DNA of 63,687 bases, counting the filler, from Octopus bimaculoides (Eukaryota): the NCBI RefSeq assembly GCF_001194135.2. It is 6 parts of 5 records of this genome, joined end to end, with 100 filler letters (N's around TTAATTAATTAA, not from the genome) between each part and the next. Parts side by side here need not be neighbours in the genome. Positions count along the whole stretch, not along the records: positions 49,385 to 51,345 come from NC_068986.1; positions 51,446 to 61,825 come from NC_068984.1; positions 61,926 to 63,687 come from NC_068987.1; 3 more parts are not named here. One strand, given 5' to 3'. How positions within the stretch are numbered: position 1 is the stretch's first letter; each line of letters begins with the position of its first letter. This document shows positions 51,219 through 62,620 of this stretch, piece after piece. Made by a program: the position numbers and the translations under genes. The notes under the pieces were generated by a model, which worked only from the letters and a program-made list of their open reading frames with translations, ran no database searches and was not told the origin of the DNA.

Positions 51219-51445
51219 GTCATCTAACGATTAGGGAAAGGTACCGGGGCAAAGTGCGTCACGTTCTCGTGAATCGATGCCACCATCTACTAAAAAGGCA
51301 GAAAAGAAAAAAAAAAAAAATAAAAATCTCAGCAGACATCACTAANNNNNNNNNNNNNNNNNNNNNNNNNNNNNNNNNNNNNNNNNNNNTTAATTAATTA
51401 ANNNNNNNNNNNNNNNNNNNNNNNNNNNNNNNNNNNNNNNNNNNN

Positions 51446-51482
<37 letters not shown>

Positions 51483-51659
51483 ATTTGAAGAAAAGCAACA
51501 AAAATTCAATAGGTTATAGCAGTACGTACATTTCGTACAAACTTCATTTATTTATGCAGTGAGAACACCACATAAGATGTGCAATGAAAATGTACTCCTC
51601 AGCTGCATAATGGAATTTCATTTTAGAAAGTCATTTTGTAGATGTGTGCAAAAAATTAA

Positions 51660-53400
51660 TTTAAAGGGCCATAAGAAAAACTTTCAGGAAAACCCTACTG
51701 TTAGACTTATTTGCCGAACTAAATCTGATATTGGAAGACTAAGTAAGCTTATTCTCAATAACATTATACCTTTTATTATTCCTAACCTTACTCTAAAATT
51801 ATGGATTAATATGGATGAATCACTTAATTGGTTTAGGCCTATTGACAATAATAATTTTTCCTTCATCCAATTTGATATCTATAATTATTATTCTAGCATT
51901 TCCCCTATACTCCTTAACAAAGCTCTCATCTTTGCCAAAAATAGATCCCTAATTACTAGAGAAAAAATTGATATAATTCTTTTAGCTAGAAGAACCATCA
52001 TTGAATTTGAAGATAGACTCTGGACCAGATCAGACACCCCTGATAACTTTGATATCCCAATGGGATCGAGTGATTCAGCTGAAATCACAGATCTGGTTGG
52101 GGCATATCTTTTATATTGCCTAAATAAGGAAATTCCTGAACTTCAAGGGGGTCTTTACAGGGATGATGCATTATTTATCATTCCCACCAACAATAAGAAC
52201 CATAGAGAGAATGAGAAAAAATATTAGGAAATTCTTTAAAAGCTTTAACCTTAGCATTACTTTCAAATTTGGTACTAAGATCGTTAACTTTCTTGATACC
52301 ACTCTTAATATTAGCTCTAAATTACACTATCCCTATAGAAAGGAAAATTAAGTCACTAAGTATGTTAGTAGATCATCTAATCACTCCCCAAATATTTTAA
52401 AATCTATTGTAAAAAACATTTCCGAAAGAATAACTAAACTGTCCTCAAACTATGACATCTTTAACTCCGATTCTCATTACTACAATGAAACTTTATCTAG
52501 AGCAGGCTATGACCAAGAAATCTCTTTCCTTAATCCTAGTAAATCTATTAAATGTGATAGTAGCAATAATGAAAATGATACCAATAATGATAATCTAATT
52601 ATCTTAAATAATGATACCAATAATAATAATTTAATTATCTTAAATAATGGTAAGAAAAGACCTTCTAATAATAGTCTATCCTGCTTAAGCAATAAGATTA
52701 AAAATGAAATACAACCTGATAAATGTGTACATAATCATATTAACACTAATAAAATACCTAGGTTAAGAAATTATAATAATGGCCATAAGAGTAGGAAAAT
52801 TACTTTACATAACAAGATAGATCCCAATAAGAAAACTACAAATGATAGTAGAAGCAATAATATAACCCCAAATACTTATGATAACCACAAACCCCTTTCA
52901 TATCACAAATTTAAAAGAAAAAATTCTATATGGTTTAACATCCCTTACAACTATGCAGTACCTACGAACATCTATAAGAAATTTATGGATATCTTACAAA
53001 AAAATTTCGACCCTAACCATAGATATTATAAAATCCTTTCTCAACACACAATCCGTATCTCATACTCTACTCTGCCCAATATAGGATCTATCATCAATAA
53101 GTTGAATAAAAAGAACCTTGAATTAGCTAGGACCCTTGAAAATAAAAATTGTCTTATTATTGATAGCAATACAAATAACTACCAAACAATTAATAACACC
53201 AATGCAACCAATAATCATGTACATGTTAACGAACATAATACTACTTCAACTGTCAACATAGTTGATGAGATAAATCTTCCTAGCTCAAACAATATCAATT
53301 GCATATCCAGTAATACAACCAACAACATTGATATAACCAGTATAATGTCTACTAGAAGCAGCTGTAAGCCAAATTTGCCATAACAAAGGAATTACATGTA
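51660..53400 (+). mobile_element. Penelope-like element RT with long Asn-rich inserts; one frameshift, one stop, GIY-YIG missing
   Basis: KGHKKNFQENPTVRLI, QFDIYNYYSSI, PMGSSDSAEITDLVG, GGLYRDD, VNFLDTTLN, RKNSIWFNIPY, RISYSTLPNI; frame open from 52352 to 53383. Confidence 0.92.
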
Positions 53401-53444
53401 ATAACCATTATTTTAACTTGTCTAAATACCTATACACTTTTACT

Positions 53445-53732
53445 TGTTTCAGCCTTTAGTCGAGCAAATCGATCCCAGGACTTATTCTTTGTAAGCCTAG
53501 TACTTATTCTATCAGACTCTTTTGCTGAACCGCTAGGTTACGGGGACGTAGACACAGACACACACATATATATGATGGGCTTCTTTCAGTTTCCGTCTAC
53601 CAAATCCACCCACAAGGCTTTGGTCGGCCCGAGGCTATAGTAGAAGACACTTGTCCAAGGTGCCATGCAATGGGACTGAACCTGAACCCATGCGGTTCGT
53701 AAGCAAGCTACTTACCACACAGCCACTCCTAC
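53445..53732 (-). mobile_element. Bipartite SINE (inverted, internally shortened)
   Basis: Tail 53445-53560 and head 53575-53732 match 49416-49842. Confidence 0.88.
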
Positions 53733-53992
53733 ACCTATATATGTATATATATATATCATATACATATATATATATATATATCATATACATACATATATAT
53801 ACATGAAATTTACAGAAAAACAAAAGACAAAGACAGGTGTATAAACAAGCAGGTGTATTAAGTTTGACGCTTGGAAAGGTGAGAAAGTCTTTTACGTTTT
53901 GAGCCTACAGTCTTCAACAAAAAAAAGAACACGAGGAAATAAACAGAGAGAGAATGAAAAAAAAAACTTACATATGCACACACATATATATG

Positions 53993-54893
53993 TATCGGTT
54001 TGAGGAGTAATTCATGAGCGTATTTTTCAAATTTAAAAATGCATGCAGAAATAAAACGCATTGATTTTGCTGTGTATTTTCAGATTATTAAAATGGAATG
54101 TGAAATGGACAAAACTGAGCATTTTCANNNNNNNNNNNNNNNNNNNNNNNNNNNNNNNNNNNNNNNNNNNNNNNNNNNNNNNNNNNNNNNNNNNNNNNNN
54201 NNNNNNNNNNNNNNNNNNNNNNNNNNNNNNNNNNNNNNNNNNNNNNNNNNNNNNNNNNNNNNNNNNNNNNNNNNNNNNNNNNNNNNNNNNNNNNNNNNNN
54301 NNNNNNNNNNNNNNNNNNNNNNNNNNNNNNNNNNNNNNNNNNNNNNNNNNNNNNNNNNNNNNNNNNNNNNNNNNNNNNNNNNNNNNNNNNNNNNNNNNNT
54401 CAACCAACTGACTTTGATGAACCTTGCCCATTAAGTGAAGGTGGTTCAGCACAGTTTTTTTTTTTATCACAATCCATCTGCTCCGCCAATTCTCTGGTTG
54501 TTTGACATGAATTTTCGTGAACAAGTTGATTCAATCACCCTTTATTGAACTCAATTGGTTGTGATCCATCCTTGTCAAAATTCCCATTTTTGAAGCGTGA
54601 AAACCAACGGCAGGCGGAACGTTCAGGCATTACTCCTTCTCCATACACAGCACAAATCTCACAAGCAACTTCACCTCAATCAAATGCAAAAAGCAAATGG
54701 TGCTGAAAATGGTCAGTTTTGTCCACTTGACATTCCATATTCATGATCTGAAAATACACAAAAATCAAAACACTATCTTGTAGGGCAAAAAATTCTCTTT
54801 CAAATAACATAAAACATTTTGCCAATGCATTTTATTTCTGCGTGCATTTTTAGATCTAATAAAAACACTCGTGAATTATTCCTCAACCCAATA
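53993..54893. mobile_element. Two mariner 5' ends in inverted orientation flanking a gap
   Basis: Plus copy tatcggtttgaggagtaattca..MECEMDKTEHF (to 54127); minus copy tattgggttgaggaataattca..MECQVDKTDHF..CRWFSRFKNGNFD..QTTRELAEQM (54400-54893). Confidence 0.75.
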
Positions 54894-55447
54894 TATATAT
54901 ATATATATATCATATTCATACATATATATACATATATCTCATATATAAAATGTGAGAGAAAGAAAATGGATTTGGGAAAATTCTTTATTATTTGCTACAA
55001 TCATTACTAGCCATTGAGCACTGGTGCACTATCAATTTTGAAAAACTTTTTTCACTTTGATATTTTTAATGTTTGTTTCTCACTCTCCACTTTCTTTAGT
55101 GTGCTTTCTTACCTTTCCGTTCATTTCTGCAACTGTTTTAATGTTTTATATCTCCTCATATCTTTGTAGCATTAGATCAATGGTATGAGAAATGTACATT
55201 GCTGCAAGTTAACTGGAAATATTACATTATATGTATTCAACCATATAAATATGTCACACAAATTACTTCAAAATCGATCCCCCAATTATTTGCTTGAAAC
55301 ATTTTCTTTGGCACATCATTCTTTGTATATATAAGGAGAAAGAACATTTGTGATTGATTGACCTGAAAATAATTATGGATAGTTATTTTATTGATACCTG
55401 TAGAAGTAGAAAAGGTAAACCCCGAACTGCATTTAAACTCAGAAATA

Positions 55448-56650
55448 TTAGGTTGGAAAGTAAGTCCTGTTGTATTTTTGACATGATTACTCTGAGGTAC
55501 TTTTTCAATATTTACAGTCAAACAAGTATTAGTTTTTACATTCTAATGTCTTTTCTCTCTGTGCAAATTACTTTATATGATAGAGGCTAAATTTGTATCG
55601 ACTTTATCCTTTCGAAATGATTTTATGTTAGACCTATATCAGACACTACATGCTGTATGAATTCAAAAGAACTTGTCAGCAATAAAAGCAGTAAGAAATA
55701 TTTAGTTGTCTTTGGAAATGAAGGTTTACGTGTATAGATGTCTGGACATGCCACAATGATTTTCCAGCTTCACTTGGGAAATTTTTCTTTCACAGATTTC
55801 CCTCAATCTGAATGACTAAATTCTGTCAACCTCAAGCTTCTGAAAACTATAGTTGAGGAAAATCTAAAGGAAACTATGCAAGATTTAGCAAAACAACTGA
55901 ATTCAAGTTACACTTTGATCATAAAACACTTTCATGAACTAGATGTGTCTAAACTTGGTTAGTAGTTCCCTCATCATCTGGCTACATCTCAGCTTAATCA
56001 ATGAGTTGCCCTCTGTTGTTCAATGAAGAGTAGACTTGTTATTGAACTTTTCTTGGGTAGAAACATTACTGGTGATGAAAACTGGATTCTCTATAATCAT
56101 ATCCAATGAAAACAACAAATGAAAAAGGAGAATACATCCTGAAACCAGAACTACACTTGAAAAAAGTTATGCTCTGTGTTTGAAGGGTGTCATCTATCAT
56201 AAGCATTAAACCAAAATAAAACAGTTGATGTGGAGAAGTATTATTAATCAGAAGCATTGCACATTAGTTAATTGCAAAGAGGTATTGCTCTTACACAGTA
56301 ATTTAAGACCACATATTGCCCAAGTCACACAGGAAAAGATTATGGCACTGAATATGGAATTTTTGCTTCATTGTTCTTACTCTTCTGACTGTCATCTTTT
56401 CAGATCATTGCAACAGTATTTAGGGGGAATAACTGTTTATTAATTGTAAAAAGATTAACAATTGATATTGAGTGTTTCTTTACTTCAAAACCTGAAGAAT
56501 TTTACACCCAAACAGTTTGCCAAACAGATGGAATTATGTTATCAATAAAGAGGGGCAATATCGTCTTTGTTAAATATATCAATTAAGACTAAAAAAAGCA
56601 CTTTTTCCTTTATCATTTTGAGATGTGACAGGACTTTCTTTCCAACCTAA
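55448..56650 (+). mobile_element. Near-full-length degenerate mariner transposon
   Basis: TA|TTAGGTTGGAAAGTAAGTCCTG ... CAGGACTTTCTTTCCAACCTAA|TA TIRs with TA TSDs; HYMLYEFK, SKLG, ITGDENWILY, HLKKVMLCV, LHSNLRPH, HCSYSSDCHLFRSLQ motifs with stops and frameshifts. Confidence 0.92.
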
Positions 56651-57760
56651 TAGTGAGAGACATTGCACTGTGTACTGAAAATCAGTAAAAATCTACATGG
56701 CTCTCTTGGGTGCATTAAATAACAATCGCTAAAATAATATAGCATCTCTACTCTGAACTATTAAAGTACAGAATATATAGAAAATAAAATATATATTCTT
56801 TTAGCTTCCATAACAAGCAAGATTTATATAATGTATACAATTTATATATTCCTTTTTAATAAAGCTAAAAATATTATTGGTATTAAAGAGAAGTAAAATA
56901 TTTTGCACATCTTGTTTGGTTTTTCAAACATTTTCTGATTATTTTACTCCTTTTTCATTTTTTCTTGCACACAGTTAAATGTAAGCTCTACACAGCAACA
57001 TTCTGTTTCTACATTTTATTGAGTAGTCAATACCTTGTATAGTAAATTAATAACTAATACAACATTTTTACATGAGAGGGGAACTTTTTTTAGTTTTGTA
57101 TCTGCACTTGTGCATTGTCATTTGAAGAATTACTTAGGCTATAATCAAAAGTAATGAATCAATCATCAGTATATACAAACTCCTAATTGATTTTAATGTT
57201 GTTTTGTTTTTACAAAGGTAAAAAAAATTCAAACTTAGAAATAACTTTTGTTTAATTAATATATCAGTCTGTACCAGGAAAATTTATATTTGGCAATGAT
57301 TTTGAGAGTAAATATGAATGAGTATATAGGTAATTATGTATCCCCTCCTCAACAAAATGAGTTTATTGTAGCATTTACACAATTCAAAGTGACCTATGAA
57401 AAGAAGAATCCAAAACAGGGTTAAGTTATAAAAAACAAAAATGTTAAGATAGAGAGGAGAGTTGGAAAGGTGGGAAGAAGTGAAAAGTGTAAGTAAGCTA
57501 GATCCTCTGCTCAGCAATGGATGTCAAAAATGGCAATACCCAGAATGCTTACACTACTAATTTCTACAGTCTTTTTCCAAATGAATCCACTTCACCCTCC
57601 TTTCTATCAACTGACAATTCAAAGCTGCTGGTAAGAAATTTTGTTTCATTCATTACTAGAGTTTACTTTTTTAATTCCATTTCATTCTCAAAGTATCAAT
57701 ATTTTTCATAAAATTTTCATATTTTCCTTCTTAGAAACCTCTTAGGATGTGTTCATTTTT

Positions 57761-58793
57761 TTATTGCTTGGTTGATGATGCAGCAGTAGTTGCTGCTGGT
57801 GGAGGAGTTGCAGTTGTTGCTATTTCAGTAATTTCATCAGGTGGGTTAAATTTGCGCTGGGGATCCGGAGATTTTGTAGGTTTGCGCATAACGGGGGGTT
57901 TAGCTTTCATTGCAACTTTAGGCTTCTCTGGTATTGGAGGTGGGGTTGTGGAACACATCCCTTCATTAGGAACTTCTGCAAGTCCTGCAGGAGGCATGGG
58001 GCTTGGACAAATACGGCCACCAGGCACTTGTGTGCTAAAGCTTCTCTTTATAACTGATGACTGCACAAGTCCACCTGGTGGCTGTGTGTCCTCAGGGGCA
58101 CTATGCCGATTAAGTGCTATTGGTGTGCGCAATAAAGGATGCCCTTTTTTTAATGTACTTTGATTGGACTTAGCAAAAGCATCAGCACCACTAATGACAG
58201 TGGGGCTACCAGGCTCACTGTTCTCCTGTGAGGGTGGGGAGTCTGACCCTTCAGGTAGGTCTAAAACTAAATCAGGTGTATGTTTAGGAGTGGGTTTACT
58301 CTTCATGGCTGGCAAGCTCATTCTTTTATCAGTTTTCTGTTGTACTTCTAATGACTTGATACCAGACATCATCTTGGCAAGAGCATCCTCAATAGCTGCC
58401 ACTTCTTCACTGCTGACAGAACTGGATATTGCAGTTGTCGTTGTTGCTGTTGAGGTGGTGCTGGTGGCAGTTACACTAGTTGGTTGGGGCGGCTCGGATT
58501 TTTCTTCTTTTACGGGGTGTTCTTTAACAACTCTTTCGCGAATCATCGGAAGGGGTGGCGCCTCTAGTTTCACGTGCATTTTCGGCGATGAAGGACACTG
58601 TGCAGACGTTTTAGGGCTGTCTGGTCTCTCTTGTTGAATAAGAATATTTGGTTGAGACATGCATTTCGCCAGCTGTTGGTTGGTGGCACTATCATCACTA
58701 AGTTGCCTCATTGGAGGCTTCAGAGGCAAAGAATATGTAGAGCTGTGTTTATCTTCATCACCACTGCTACTGTGGTTTCTTTTATCCTCACGC
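57761..58793 (-). CDS. Terminal exon of a SLIT-ROBO Rho GTPase-activating protein (srGAP)-like gene
   Basis: Acceptor ttctttacag| (phase 2); ~343 open codons, Pro/Ser/Thr-rich. AIEDALAKMMSGIKSLE..KHTPDLVLDLP resembles, from memory, the srGAP C-terminal DIExTMNxALxELxELE..KHTPDVVLD segment. No upstream exons were recognised in the window. Confidence 0.7.
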
Positions 58794-59284
58794 CTGTAAA
58801 GAAAAATAATAGTGCATTAAATTTCTTTTAAATTCTATATTGAAAAAAAAAACAAAAAAACATACAAAAAAGTAGATATTGACAAATTGCCAGTTGGTTA
58901 AAATGGTTTATATCACTACCAGACTATAAAATGCTTGCATTATATAAAATGTCTTTAGAAAAACTTCAATTTACTAAATTAAAGGAAATCTTCAATACTT
59001 TGGACAGTATTTCTCAAATTTTAAGAGAAATTACAATATAACAACAGAATTGTTAGAGTGATATAATTAATATCACTCTAACAATTATTGATTAGTCTCA
59101 GATTGAGCAGACCTAATAGCATTCCAACTGTAAATATTCCATCCTTTTCTTCTATGCAGGGAACTCAGGACCAAACTATCCAATGTGTAATTTTCTAAGA
59201 TGCAGGGTACAATTTGAAGGAGATTTGACTGTTATTTCTAGCAGGTCAATTGTTCATCCCTCATTAGTTCACCATTACAGTTAC

Positions 59285-59915
59285 TACACTATTTACATTT
59301 AACAGATATTTGTCCGCATCTTGTTTGTTGTTAACACAATATTTCAGCTGATATACCCTCCAGCTTTCATTAGGTGTCTTGGGGAAATTTCAAAACTGGG
59401 TTCTCATTCCTAAGGTATTTTTCAATGCTATTATTATTATTATTCATCCACTCCAATTATGAAGAAGAGAGAGGATGAAACCTAGAAACTGTCCACAGTC
59501 TGTCTACCCTATGTAAAAGGCCTCTCCGAAAAGATACAAAAGATATGCAGCCCATATGACATCAGGACACTTCACAAATATCTCCTTTGAGTAAAATAAC
59601 CAACAGAAGAGAATATGACCAAAAACTGCATGTACTCCATCCCATACAGCTGTGGTAGGTTATACAAATGCAAAACATACTGACCCCTCAAAATGAGGGC
59701 AGAGGAACATCACAAAGCTGTGACACGAGGAGATATTGATAAATCCGGTATGGAAAAGTAGAGAACCCCTGTGGGATGAAGTTAAAATAATAGACAGAGA
59801 ACACCACTGGAAAATACAAAAACTAAAAGAAGCAGCACATATGCTAGGACACAACAACTCCTAAACAGACCGAGTGCAGATATGAATAGCATATGGGAAC
59901 TGGTATTAAGGAAGG
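59285..59915 (+). mobile_element. Penelope-like element GIY-YIG fragment preceded by an inverted hammerhead-bearing terminal sequence
   Basis: LPYVKGLSEKIQKICSPYDIR..KNCMYSIPYSCGRLY..EEHHKAVTRG..VKIIDREHHWK..KEAAHML; 59285-59400 matches the arm of the 1911-2110 hairpin. Confidence 0.85.
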
Positions 59916-60199
59916 ATAGGGAAATATTAGATTTATAAAACCTTAAATTCACTCCATAATTGCCCATGGGCATATGGCGTAGTGGTTAAAAGTGTGGGCT
60001 AATAACCCCAAGATTCCGAGTTCGATGACCTGAATAATAATAATAATAATAATATTTTAAAAAAGACTTACGTAACTCTTCACAAAGGTAAACAGTCAAG
60101 ACGAAGATCGTGATTCGATTGTAAGATATTTTATTAGTTGAACGATATTTCAACAGTACGTCTGTCTTTGTCAAGTTCAAAATAAGAAGTGATAAAAAT

Positions 60200-61825
60200 T
60201 CAAAATTACAGAAATTTAAATGTAAAGTGTGAACAAGAGCAACCAGCGTCCATACGTTGATGGAATGACATCATCAGTTTTAAGTTACAATTTTCTAACA
60301 GGCGGAAAGAAAAAGAGAGAAAGAAGAATATTCAATGAAACAGTTTTGCAACTGTCATCTTATTCATTCCTCCAGGGCATGATGTTAATAACCCGCAAAC
60401 ATATTTCTCCTCATACATTCTGAGAAGTGAAAGTGGGGTAGATTCAGAATATTTTCTGAGAATATGCACTTTCAAATCTTCTTCAAAATTGCAGCTGCTT
60501 GAAACGAAATGCTCAGCAAGATCTGTCAAACTACTGTTATTGTGCTTGACGTCGAATCTGTGCCCATTAAACCTTTTGTTTAATTGTTCTGTTGTACAAC
60601 CAACATAAATTAAGTTGTGTTTCGTGCATTCTACAGCATACAACAAATGGGAATCTTTACATGTTCCACCTTCTGTATAAATCATAATATTTCTGTTATG
60701 ATTTCTCATGGAATACACTTCACTCATGTGGCTATTCTTTAAGGTACAGCGTGCAAATACTCCAATGTTCATTTTCTTGGAGTCAGATATAAAGGTCAAT
60801 AATTCTCTTATATTGTTATTCCATCTAAAGGCTACAATGGGCGGCTGAGGAAATATCTGTTTGAAACAGGGATATTTTTTCGCCACATGCTGGTAACTTT
60901 CATGCAACACTTTTGAAATGCCAGCGAAATGTCGGTGCCAGCTAATCACTAAAGGAATTCTATCATCTATTGTATTGTGTTTGCTAAAATTACGCATGTA
61001 GGTTTGACTATTTTTGCTATTTCCTTTAATCACGATTCACTCTAACCTCATTTGACATAATGACATACAAAAGCATTTGCATGTTTCCAGTAATCCCCTG
61101 TGTCAGTACAAATCTGATTTATCCTCAAAAATTGGTATTTGGGATTTGACCAAATAAGATGATGTGGTTGATCGGAGCAGTGGTGAAGATAAATGTGGGA
61201 TGATGTGGGCTTGCAAAATAATTCTGTCACTATTCTGCCTCCAGAAAACTTGACTTTTGTGTCCAAAAATTCAACACTAGTTTTTGAAGAACTAGATGTA
61301 AATTTTATGTTGGACTTAAAGCCATAGTTTCTAGCATAAGTCACAGAAATGTAAGAAGTCCATTAAACTATCTGTGATCCTTCCCAGACAAAAAATACGT
61401 CGTCAATGAACCGTAACTGGAGTATTGGTTCATGATCATGAAGGGATTTGAATGTCTTCAGTAACTGTGTCTCAAATTTTGTCATAAAGACATTAGCGAA
61501 ATTAACTGCCATGGGGTACCCATGGCGCAACCCTTCGTCTGGTGGTAAAATCTTTGCCTAAACTTCATTGTGTTACTTTCTAACACAAACCTCAATAATC
61601 TACAGAGTAAATTTGATGGAATACTTTTGTTTGACTGCTTTCCAAAGGCATCCACGCATGCTTCTACCCCTTCATTGTGGTCAATATTGGGATATAAGGA
61701 AGAAACATCCATGGTTACCAAAAAACAGTTCTCAATACAACCTCGGCACTTAAAAAAGTTGTTGATTTTAGATACAAAATCAAAGGTATCCCGAATATAG
61801 GGACTTGATCATTTTGTGACAGGAA
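60200..61825 (-). mobile_element. Penelope-like element (RT plus GIY-YIG), frameshifted, runs into a gap
   Basis: VTMDVSSLYPNI, GCAMGTP, LRFIDDVFFVW, VEFLDTKV; ORF 60332-61033 LLYAVEC..IYVGCTTEQLNKRFNGH. Confidence 0.92.
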
Positions 61826-61925
61826 NNNNNNNNNNNNNNNNNNNNNNNNNNNNNNNNNNNNNNNNNNNNTTAATTAATTAANNNNNNNNNNNNNNNNNNN
61901 NNNNNNNNNNNNNNNNNNNNNNNNN

Positions 61926-62345
61926 TTATCTAAATCCTTTTAATGTCAAGTTTTGTTTATGGTCCATTCAAGTAGTGAGTTCTTGTTGAGTGAGTTGTAA
62001 CTAGGTATGGGTGGCTTATCTGGTATTCCGTGAAGAAATCTGTCCAGACTCCGTTTAAAGGTGATGGGATCCTTTTCCTCTTTAATCAGGTCTGGGACAA
62101 TGCTAAACAGGGGAGGACCTGTTGAGGAAAAGAAATTATGTCACAGTGTACTTATATGTTGTAATCCTGAATTGGGCAGGGGACGTATAGCCCGTGGTCC
62201 CAGCCTTGGATGAACCTTGAAACTAATGTTCAGGTTGTTTGGGCAATGCTGGCGGTATATTCTCTACGTCGTACCGCTCGCGGCGGCGCTGCAGAGAGAG
62301 TAGAGTTTCAAGGCTTTAAAGCGGTCCCAGTAATCGAGATCAGTC
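61926..62345 (-). mobile_element. CR1/L2-group LINE 3' fragment
   Basis: IEGMTDLDYWDRFKALKLYSLQRRRERY ... GPPLFSIVP..FKRSLDRFLHGIPDKP..NSLLEW. Confidence 0.8.
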
Positions 62346-62394
62346 ATGCCTTCAATTAGTTTAGAGTATGCATGATGTATATATGTATTCTTTT

Positions 62395-62600
62395 ACTTTT
62401 TTAATTCTTTTACTTGTTTTAGTCATTTGATTACGGCCATGCTGAAGCACCACCTTTAATCGAAGAAATCGACCCCAGGTCTTATTCTTTGTAAGCCTAG
62501 TACTCATTCTATCGGTCACTTTTAGCCGAACCGCTAAGTTACGGAACGTAAACACACCAACATCGGTTGTCAAATGATGGTGGGGGAACAAACACAGACA
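62395..62600 (-). mobile_element. SINE tail (inverted)
   Basis: Reverse complement of the 49625-49842 tail. Confidence 0.85.
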
Positions 62601-62620
62601 CACAAACATATATATATACA

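Noticed and set aside
57747-58637. Plus-strand ORFs 57747-58163 and 58164-58637
   Set aside because: Antisense shadows of the GC-richer srGAP-like exon.
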